A stretch of 64,000 nt of DNA from an uncultured Collinsella sp. (GTDB lineage Bacteria > Actinomycetota > Coriobacteriia > Coriobacteriales > Coriobacteriaceae), in assembly GCA_902470905.1 (NCBI GenBank), contig CABRIC010000006.1, forward strand, positions 1,692 to 65,691, in the 5' to 3' direction. Of the stretch, positions 34,197 through 41,671 are shown piece by piece. Positions within the stretch are counted from its first letter, which is position 1. Each line of letters opens with the position of its first letter. The notes beneath the pieces are model-generated. The model was not told where the DNA came from. It saw only the letters and a program-made list of their open reading frames with translations, and searched no databases. Both the position numbers and the translations under genes were made by a program.

Positions 34197-37100
34197 CGCA
34201 CCCCTGCGCCTTGGCGTTCATGATGAGCATCTGAAGACGGTTCTCCACGTTGGCGAAGCTCACGTCGGGATCGTAGTCGAGCGGCAGGAACTGCGCCGTG
34301 GGATACTGCTCCTTGAGCGCATGGATGAGCCCGCGCCCCACGACATGGTTGGGCAGACACCCGAACGGCTGCAGGATCACGAAGTTGCGGCAGCCGCGCT
34401 TGGCGTGCTCGAGAATCTCCGCCGGAATCAGCACGCCCTCGCCCGCATCGAACGTATGGTGCAGGATCTTATCGCTCGCGCGCACGAGCTCGGGCATGCG
34501 CGTCGGCGGCTCGTAGAGCGGGCTCGCCGCGCCCAGGCGGTCGCAACGGTCGTGCGCGAGCTCGAACAGGTTGTCCGCCGTGGCGTACCAGGCCTTTTCG
34601 GGCAGCGACAGGTCGACGTGGAACTCGCGCGACTGCGCATGCTTGTAGAAATAGGTCTTGCGGATCACGTCGGTCATGCGCGCCTCGATGACCTCGAGCC
34701 CGTTGTCCTCGAGGTAGCGCTCGATCTCGTGGTTGGCGCCGAGATGGAAATTGAGCAGGTACTCGCCCACGATGAGAACGGTCGGATGCGGGTTCGAGCG
34801 GTCGTACGGAACGGCGTCCATGATCGCAAGCGCGCGTTTGAAGCCCGTCGCCTGGCCTCTCAGCCCGGAGCGCTCCATGCCCTCGATAACCTCATCGAGC
34901 GCGCGGTCGAACGCAGCGTCCGCCGCGCCCTTCTCGAGCTCGTAGGGACGGATGCGCCTAAGCATGGCCTCGAGGGCATCGATCATGGGAAGACCGTAGG
35001 CGATCTGGATGCTCGGGCCAAGGCCGAGCTTGAAGCCCGGATGCGCATTGTGGGCATCGACGTCGTCGTTGGTGAGCACCGGGACATAGTCGTATCCCGC
35101 GTCGTCGAGCGCGCGGCGCAGCAGGGGCATGTAGTGCGTCAGGCGGCAGTCGCCGATATACTTGCCAGTCACCACGGCGACGTCGTGCGGGTCGTACTTA
35201 CCGCTCTCGAGTGCCGCGAGCGCCTCGCCGATCACGATTTGCGCGGGGAAGCAGATGTCGTTGTGCACATAGCGTTTGCCCAGGCGGATGGCATCCTCGC
35301 GCCCGATATCAAGGGCCTCGGCGCGCACGCCCTGATTGCGCATCGCCGCGGTCATGAGCCTGCAGAACGCATGGGAGGTGTTGGGGACCAGCGCGATCTT
35401 GTCGTGCCGGTCGCGCTTGGTGTACTTGACCTTATACGGGTCGTCGAGCGGATGGACCGCGTGCACCCGGGCGCCCTCGGCACGCTCCTCCGCGCGACGA
35501 CGGTTGACCGACTCGATAAACGAACGCACGCGAATGCCCATGGGACCGGCGACGTCGCTCTCATCGAGCTTGATCATCATCGGAACCTTGGAGCCCATCT
35601 CGCCCATCATGCGCGCGATCTCGTCGGTGAGATACGCATCGTGGCCGCAGCCGAAGCTGCCCATCTGCACGAGCTCGAGCTCGGGCGTCGATGCGACGAT
35701 GACCGCGCACGACAGCATGCGCGCATGGTAGTTGTTCACGATGTCGATGCGGCTGTTGGAAAGATCGACGTTGCAGACCCCCGGCACCGCATCGGGCGTC
35801 AGCACGGGGATGCCGCGCTCAGAGAAGAGCTTGGGCAGCCCGTGGTTGACCAGCGGGTCGTTGTGGTACGGGCGCGAAGCGATCACCACCGCGTAGCCGC
35901 CGTCCTCGCGCACGTTCTCGAGCACCTGCCTGCCGCGCAGCTGCAGCTGGTTCTCAAACGTCTCCTGCGCGCGGTCCGCCTGCTCGGTCGCCTTGGCAAC
36001 CAGGTCGGCATCGATATCGAAGGTCTCCTTGCACCACGCCTTGAGCTGGCGGTTTCGGTCGCCCTCGTCGTACCAGTGGAACAGCGGCGTATCGAACGGA
36101 ACGCCGAAACGCTCCTCCGGGTTATCGGAATTGCGCATCACGTAGGGGTATCCCTTTACGACGGCGCACATCCACTCGCTGGTAGAGGCGGTGTTTTCGG
36201 TGGGCACCGTCGTGATGATGGGCATGAAGATGCGGTCGACGCCGGCGTCGACGAGATTGCGGATGTGCCCGTGGACGAGCTTGGCCGGGAAGCACACGGT
36301 GTCGGATGTGACGTGCGCCAGACCGCGCTCGTACATCGCCTTGGTGCTGCGTCCCGAGACGCGCACCTTAAAGCCGAGCGTGCTGAAGAACGTCGACCAG
36401 AACGGCATGGTGTCCCAGAACTCGAGCACACGGGGAATGCCGATCGTGACATCGCGCCCCCCGCAGACGGGAACCGTGGGGTACGACTCGAACAGCAGCT
36501 TCTCGCGGTCGACAAAGAGATTGGGGGCAGCCGCGGTCCGGTCGCGCCCCGTGCCGGGTGCCTGTGCCTCGCAAGCACCCTGCGGACGCAGCTCCTCCGT
36601 CGCGGGAACCTCGCGCACGAGCTCATCCCATGAGATGGCGCCGCCGCGCGGGCAGCGATTGCCCGTGACGTAAAGCGAGCCGTCGCCAAATGCCACGACC
36701 GCGCGCTGGCAGCGGTTGTTGCACCGACGGCAGGTAACGCCGCCGAACTCGCGATGCTCGAAGCGCTCCACGGCATCGAGCCCGATAAACGACGTGCCGG
36801 CGTCGCCCTTGCGGCATTCCTCGCGCGCGAGCAGGGCGATACCGATAGCGCCCATCAGCCCCGGGTGGGGCGCACGCGTGACGGGTTTGCCCAGATACTG
36901 CTCGAATGCGCGCAGCACCGCGTCGTTTCGGAACGTGCCGCCCTGGACGACGACTTTGTCGCCCAGACGGTTGAGATTTGAAACGCGAATGACCTTGGTG
37001 AACACGTTCTCGATAATCGAACGGCAGAGACCGGCCATGATGTCGCCCGGACCCTTACCGCGCCGCTGCTCGGAAACGACGCTGCTGTTCATGAACACCG

Positions 37101-38610
37101 TGCAGCGGCTGCCGAGAACGGCGGGGGCTTTGGACGAAAATGCCTCGGTCGCGATATCCTCAACGGCTATTCCGAGGTTTTTGGCAAAACCCTCGAGGAA
37201 CGAGCCGCAGCCCGCAGAGCACGCCTCGTTGACGACGATATCGGTCAGCACGCCGTGGTTGAGCCAGATGGCCTTCATATCCTGTCCGCCGATGTCGAGC
37301 ACGAAGGTCGCATCGGGAACGCATGCGCACGCGGCGCGGGCGTGCGAGACCGTCTCGACCGTATGGTAGTCGGCGTGGAACGCGCGCGCGAAAAGCTCCT
37401 CGCCGTATCCCGTGGTGCCCACGGCATCGATCGCAAGCGTGACTCCCGCTGTCTCCCAGCGGTTCTTCAAGCTGACAAGACCCTGTTGGGCGACGTCGAG
37501 CGGTCTGCCGTTATTAGACGCGTAGAACGAATCGACAAGCTCACCCGCCTCATCGACCAGGGCGAACTTGGTCGTCGTGCTCCCCGAATCGATACCGAGC
37601 GCCACACGCACCGTCTCTCCGGGCGCATACGCATCCGGACCCTTTGCCGGCGTCTCTTTGCCATGGCGTGCCGTAAAATCCGCCTGCTCGGCAGGTGTGG
37701 CAAAAAAGGGCTGGGCAAGACGTCCCTCCCCGCTTGCGGGCGCGACCGTCTCGAGCTTATCCAGCCGGACAAAAGCGTCGGGAAGGTCGATCGGTTGGGA
37801 CGATGCGAACATGTCGGTCAGCGACAGGGCGGCACCGCGCGCGACCATGATCTGCGGATCGCGCGGGACGATAACCTGATCGTCCGATAGATTCAGTTGC
37901 TCCCGGAACACGCGGACCAGTGTGGGGTTGTAGGCGAGCGTACCGCCCTCGAAGATTACCGGCGGCTCGATGTCGATACCCTGGGCCAGACCGCCGATCG
38001 TTTGGCGGGCGACCGCGTGAAGCGCCGAAAGCGCCAGGTCGGTGGTAGGAATGCCCTCGTTGAGCAGCGGCTGGATATCGGTCTTTGCGTACACGCCGCA
38101 GCGGCCCGAGACCTCGTGGACGGTCGTTCCCCGGCTTGCGAGCTGCTCGAACTCGCCCGATTCGGTGCCGACCCCCATGAGCTTTGCCATCTCGTCGATA
38201 AATGCACCGGTACCGCCTGCGCACGAGCCGTTCATGCGCATGTCGGCAACCTCGATGTCTCCCTTATCGTTGGTGCGGAAGAAGATCATCTTGGCGTCTT
38301 GGCCGCCCAGCTCGATGGCGCAGCGCGTCTGCGGATAGAACCTGCTGATCGCGAGCGCGTTGGCGACCACCTCCTGAACGTACGAGGCGCCCAGCGCGGT
38401 CGCGATATCGCGCGCACCCGAGCCGGTCACCGCAACGCGCAGTGACTCATGGGGAAAGCGCTCGGCGAGCTCGCCGAGCATGGCGCGCACGCTCGCTGTC
38501 TGACACGCCCCGTGGCGGCGATATCCCCACCACGCCTCGGTCATATCCTCGTGCATCGCGTAAACTTTGGTCGTCGTCGACCCTACGTCCAGTCCTACTA
38601 GCAACGCCAT
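34171..38610 (-). CDS. Giant fusion: two BcrAD/BadFG-type ATPase (activase) modules + Cys-rich segment + 2-hydroxyacyl-CoA-dehydratase-component-like / DUF2229-like domains
   Basis: Two acetate/sugar-kinase-fold phosphate-1 motifs (LVGLDVGSTTTK; ALGIDSGSTTTK). CRRCNNRCQ...GNRCPRG cysteine cluster. The C-terminal halves resemble HgdB/YjiM-type proteins. 1479 aa. Confidence 0.75.
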   Translation of the reverse strand: MALLVGLDVGSTTTKVYAMHEDMTEAWWGYRRHGACQTASVRAMLGELAERFPHESLRVAVTGSGARDIATALGASYVQEVVANALAISRFYPQTRCAIELGGQDAKMIFFRTNDKGDIEVADMRMNGSCAGGTGAFIDEMAKLMGVGTESGEFEQLASRGTTVHEVSGRCGVYAKTDIQPLLNEGIPTTDLALSALHAVARQTIGGLAQGIDIEPPVIFEGGTLAYNPTLVRVFREQLNLSDDQVIVPRDPQIMVARGAALSLTDMFASSQPIDLPDAFVRLDKLETVAPASGEGRLAQPFFATPAEQADFTARHGKETPAKGPDAYAPGETVRVALGIDSGSTTTKFALVDEAGELVDSFYASNNGRPLDVAQQGLVSLKNRWETAGVTLAIDAVGTTGYGEELFARAFHADYHTVETVSHARAACACVPDATFVLDIGGQDMKAIWLNHGVLTDIVVNEACSAGCGSFLEGFAKNLGIAVEDIATEAFSSKAPAVLGSRCTVFMNSSVVSEQRRGKGPGDIMAGLCRSIIENVFTKVIRVSNLNRLGDKVVVQGGTFRNDAVLRAFEQYLGKPVTRAPHPGLMGAIGIALLAREECRKGDAGTSFIGLDAVERFEHREFGGVTCRRCNNRCQRAVVAFGDGSLYVTGNRCPRGGAISWDELVREVPATEELRPQGACEAQAPGTGRDRTAAAPNLFVDREKLLFESYPTVPVCGGRDVTIGIPRVLEFWDTMPFWSTFFSTLGFKVRVSGRSTKAMYERGLAHVTSDTVCFPAKLVHGHIRNLVDAGVDRIFMPIITTVPTENTASTSEWMCAVVKGYPYVMRNSDNPEERFGVPFDTPLFHWYDEGDRNRQLKAWCKETFDIDADLVAKATEQADRAQETFENQLQLRGRQVLENVREDGGYAVVIASRPYHNDPLVNHGLPKLFSERGIPVLTPDAVPGVCNVDLSNSRIDIVNNYHARMLSCAVIVASTPELELVQMGSFGCGHDAYLTDEIARMMGEMGSKVPMMIKLDESDVAGPMGIRVRSFIESVNRRRAEERAEGARVHAVHPLDDPYKVKYTKRDRHDKIALVPNTSHAFCRLMTAAMRNQGVRAEALDIGREDAIRLGKRYVHNDICFPAQIVIGEALAALESGKYDPHDVAVVTGKYIGDCRLTHYMPLLRRALDDAGYDYVPVLTNDDVDAHNAHPGFKLGLGPSIQIAYGLPMIDALEAMLRRIRPYELEKGAADAAFDRALDEVIEGMERSGLRGQATGFKRALAIMDAVPYDRSNPHPTVLIVGEYLLNFHLGANHEIERYLEDNGLEVIEARMTDVIRKTYFYKHAQSREFHVDLSLPEKAWYATADNLFELAHDRCDRLGAASPLYEPPTRMPELVRASDKILHHTFDAGEGVLIPAEILEHAKRGCRNFVILQPFGCLPNHVVGRGLIHALKEQYPTAQFLPLDYDPDVSFANVENRLQMLIMNAKAQGCGEAHGETA

Positions 38611-38659
38611 AATGCTCCGTCTCTCGCATTTTTCCCGCTAGAGATATACCACTCTACGT

Positions 38660-38680
38660 AATACAACAGACTGTTGTATT
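38660..38680. promoter_or_regulatory. Perfect 21-bp palindrome, probable TetR operator
   Basis: AATACAACAG-A-CTGTTGTATT, 50 nt upstream of the 38610 start. It overlaps candidate -35/-10 elements (TTTAAA ... TATTAC on the minus strand). Confidence 0.6.
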
Positions 38681-38694
38681 TAAACTCCGTATAA

Positions 38695-38730
38695 AAAGCG
38701 GCTGCCGAAACGCTTCAGCAGCGGCCGAAT
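38695..38730 (-). terminator. Possible terminator after the DUF2798-like gene
   Basis: GCGGCTGC-cgaaacgcttca-GCAGCGGC (one mismatch). On the minus strand it is followed by TTTTT. Confidence 0.4.
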
Positions 38731-38891
38731 GCACCAACAGATTGTTCTGCGCGCTAGCACGTCGGGCAACGGAGCAGCACGGGCCCTCCGGTCATGCGCA
38801 CCGCTCACGCCCGCGATGTCGCCGAGAGAGCTATCCACGCTTAGGGCTCCAACCAAGCAAGTCGCCCGCGCTCAGCAGATCCCTAAGCGAG

Positions 38892-39440
38892 CTACTCGCA
38901 CTCAGGAGCCATAGCCTGCTCCAAGAGCTCGGCATGCTCCTCCTCGAAAACCGTCCCCACAGGGAAGGCGCGACGGAAGACGAAGTGGGAAATCGGACCG
39001 GCTACCAAAAGGTTCCACGGCAGCGCCATCACAAAATTATGCGGGATGTTGATCATCCAGATCGCGGGCACGGAATACAGGTTCGCAAGGATGCCGCCGG
39101 GCATGTGCGTCAGACCCTCGCAGGCACCGTACAGCGACATGATGATAACCATGGGAACGACCATGCAGGAGCTGACGGCGAGCGTCATGGCAAGCGGCGA
39201 GCTCTTGCCCGGCGTGACCAAGTACTTAAAGGCGAAACCCTTGGCGAGCGGGCTGGCGACGAACCAGTCGCAGCACATGGCAAAAATGTAGGCAACGGGG
39301 AAGCCGAGCCACGCAGCGGCAACGACCTCGCCGTTGATGGCCCCGTGCTGCAGGGCAACGTTGTAGATGCTCATCCAGAGCACCATGCAAAAGCACATGA
39401 TAAAGGTGAACAGCAGGCTCTCTCGTTTGTTGATAGGCAT
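38892..39440 (-). CDS. Small polytopic membrane protein, DUF2798-like
   Basis: ATG 39440 (MPINKRESLLFTF...) lies 10 nt after AAAGGA. 182 aa with four hydrophobic helices in two similar halves. The family assignment is from memory only. Confidence 0.6.
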   Translation of the reverse strand: MPINKRESLLFTFIMCFCMVLWMSIYNVALQHGAINGEVVAAAWLGFPVAYIFAMCCDWFVASPLAKGFAFKYLVTPGKSSPLAMTLAVSSCMVVPMVIIMSLYGACEGLTHMPGGILANLYSVPAIWMINIPHNFVMALPWNLLVAGPISHFVFRRAFPVGTVFEEEHAELLEQAMAPECE

Positions 39441-39750
39441 GAAGGGCAGATTCCTTTCTGTGTTGTGCCGCGGCGCCACGCAACAAAAACGGGCGGGCAA
39501 GATGGAGCTGTTGGGACTTCATCTCGCCCGCCCGTGTTACGCGCGTCTGCGACTACTTATGTGGTGGAACTACCCTAACACGAACGGCGCGCGCTTCGTA
39601 AGCGTTGAGTTTGTGGAGATGCAGGGCACCAAAACCGCGACCCCATAAGTTGCGGTGGAATACGGACTGTTTTGACCCTTTAAGCAACAATTCAGTCCCT
39701 ATTTCACCGCAACTCATTTGGTGCAAAGTAACCTGTCCCCCTTGCACCAA
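39441..39750 (-). promoter_or_regulatory. Structured ~300-nt leader with intrinsic terminator (candidate riboswitch/attenuator)
   Basis: On the minus strand there is a 15-bp stem (39714-39700 with 39662-39648) enclosing GGACTG/CAGTCC. An alternative partner GTAGTTCCACCACAT lies at 39573-39559. A terminator CGGGCGGGCGAGATG...CATCTTGCCCGCCCG + TTTTT sits at 39534-39485, then the RBS. Confidence 0.5.
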
Positions 39751-41319
39751 TTAGCTGGTATGGCGCCAGCGAGGGTCGGTGAGGGTTCTCGCCACGCCCA
39801 AGCCAACGGGTAGAAACGCCACGATGAGCACTGCGCGCACAAACCAGCCGAGCATGTTGACCGTGTCGAAGGTGCACATGTAATACATAGAGCGATAGAG
39901 ATACAGACCGGGCACCATAATGACAATCGAAGGCACCGTGAGGGCGATGCGCGGGTAGGTGCGCTTGACTTCGGCCAAGCTTGCCAGCAGACCCGATACC
40001 AGCGCGCCGATAAACGCTGCTGCCTCGGGAGGCATTCCCGTGCTGAGGCCCAGGAAGGGAATCATCGTCGGCGCATCGACAAGGGTCAGACGCAGGGTAT
40101 TGGACACGGCGCCGATCAACCCAGCTGCCGCGGCCATCTTTACCGGGCTGTTGAACATCACCGAGAAGCCGAATACGCCAACGAAGCTCATCACCACGCG
40201 CAGGAGCGTAAGGGCAAGCGGCGAAAGGCCCAGTGGGGCAAAGTCGTCCGGCGCCAGGCCAACACACTCGGCAACCATCCAACCTACGAGCGTCGCCATC
40301 ACAATAATCGATACGGCATATGAAAGACGCTCGATACCGCTTCGCATGTCGAGCTTGGCGATGTCGAGGCCTGCCGTAATGAGGGGAAAGCCGGGAATCA
40401 CAAAGAGCATGGCGCCGATATAGCCTTCTTGGTGCGACATTGCCCCCGGTATGACCTGGCCAAGGCCGAGCAATGCCAGCAGATACGAAACGCAAGCGAG
40501 CGCAACGCCGGTCGTCAGCGCGCTGAACTGACCAAGGCCTTGCTTGAGAATATGGGAGCGGGCAAAGTTGCCGACACCCGCGCCCACGAACGCGCATGCC
40601 ATCTCAATAGGACCGCCGCCGAGCAAAAAGACGAAGGCGCCACAGGCACAGGCCGCCGCAAGGCCCTGTTGCCAAGGCGCGTAATCAGGTTTTGAACTCT
40701 CAACGGTCTTGAGCATCTCGTGATACTCGTGCACCGTGAAGCGACGACCATAGGTCTCGATTTCCTTGAGGAAACTCTCCATCATCCAAATGCGATGGGT
40801 ATTGACTCCCGTTGTGGGCAGGCTGACAACCTCGTTAAAGCAGTGGCCATCTTCGATGCAGGTGCACTCAAACGACAGAAGACTTAAGTCAACGTGGATG
40901 GTGACACCGAGTACGGCGGCAACACGATTCATGGTATCGCGCACGCGCCAGGCACCCGTTCCGCTTGCCAGCATAAGCATGCCGGTGCGGCAGATGATGG
41001 ATGATTTATCGGTGAGCGGCGCATCGACGGCAAGTTCATCGCCTGCCGTCACGATCTGGTGCCAGTCAGTTTTCATATGGAGCGCGCCGGCACGAACGCC
41101 GTGATGCATGGGGGCTCTCGAAAGCAGCGAGTCAAGGCGCGAAGGCTGTGGGGGCTCCGTTAATTCGCCCTCGTCCTCGTCGGGCTCTTCATCGACCAGA
41201 TCAAAGGAATCAAGCGGCGCTGGCTCGCGACGGTCGATCAGCTCCTCGTCCTCATCATCAAAGTAATTGAACTGATCGAGCATGTCCTCTTCGATTGAAC
41301 GCTCGCTCGCGTCGTCCAT
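39751..41319 (-). CDS. Threonine/serine exporter family protein (fused ThrE DUF1212 + DUF3815 halves) with acidic N-terminal extension
   Basis: 522 aa with about 10 TM helices. The first ~70 aa are Asp/Glu-rich. RBS GGAAGGGAG. Confidence 0.7.
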   Translation of the reverse strand: MDDASERSIEEDMLDQFNYFDDEDEELIDRREPAPLDSFDLVDEEPDEDEGELTEPPQPSRLDSLLSRAPMHHGVRAGALHMKTDWHQIVTAGDELAVDAPLTDKSSIICRTGMLMLASGTGAWRVRDTMNRVAAVLGVTIHVDLSLLSFECTCIEDGHCFNEVVSLPTTGVNTHRIWMMESFLKEIETYGRRFTVHEYHEMLKTVESSKPDYAPWQQGLAAACACGAFVFLLGGGPIEMACAFVGAGVGNFARSHILKQGLGQFSALTTGVALACVSYLLALLGLGQVIPGAMSHQEGYIGAMLFVIPGFPLITAGLDIAKLDMRSGIERLSYAVSIIVMATLVGWMVAECVGLAPDDFAPLGLSPLALTLLRVVMSFVGVFGFSVMFNSPVKMAAAAGLIGAVSNTLRLTLVDAPTMIPFLGLSTGMPPEAAAFIGALVSGLLASLAEVKRTYPRIALTVPSIVIMVPGLYLYRSMYYMCTFDTVNMLGWFVRAVLIVAFLPVGLGVARTLTDPRWRHTS

Positions 41320-41528
41320 ATAGACGCTCCCTTCCTACCGACTAACCCCCATCCTAGGCAGCAACGGCTAAAGGAAACATAAAAGAGACGGCTGTCATGC
41401 ATGGAAGTCGCAAACCCCCAATGCGTCGGTAGATCCCCAACGACTAGGGCTGTCCCCAAGTGCCGGCAGAAAAGGAACGTCCCTAAGTGCCAGCCAGAGC
41501 AACGCCGCAGATAGAGGACGGACAGCGA

Positions 41529-41628
41529 GCGACGTCCAGGGCGAACAAGTTGGCATGAAAAAGGCAAGGCATAGACCTTCTGGTCATGCCTTGCCTTTTG
41601 AATGACAAATTGTCGCCCTGGACGTCGC
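41529..41628. terminator. ~100-nt nested palindrome containing a bidirectional terminator
   Basis: Outer arms GCGACGTCCAGGGCGAACAA (41529-41548) and TTGTCGCCCTGGACGTCGC (41610-41628). Inner arms AAGGCAAGGCAT (41561-41572) and ATGCCTTGCCTT (41586-41597), flanked by A5 and T4 runs. Confidence 0.7.
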
Positions 41629-41671
41629 GCAGCGTCGAGCCGTTACGCGGTTCGTAGAACCGCGTAACTAG

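Noticed and set aside
39704-40597. 297-aa alternative-frame ORF inside the ThrE-family gene.
   Set aside because: It lies on the same strand but out of frame with a 522-aa ORF that has coherent TM-helix structure. The alternative translation is Arg/Gly/Cys/Pro-rich.
41238-41567. 109-aa minus-strand ORF upstream of and overlapping the ThrE-family gene start.
   Set aside because: It uses a TTG start inside the terminator palindrome and overlaps the RBS and start of the downstream gene in another frame. The translation is Arg/Cys/Leu-rich with no motif, so it is probably spurious.
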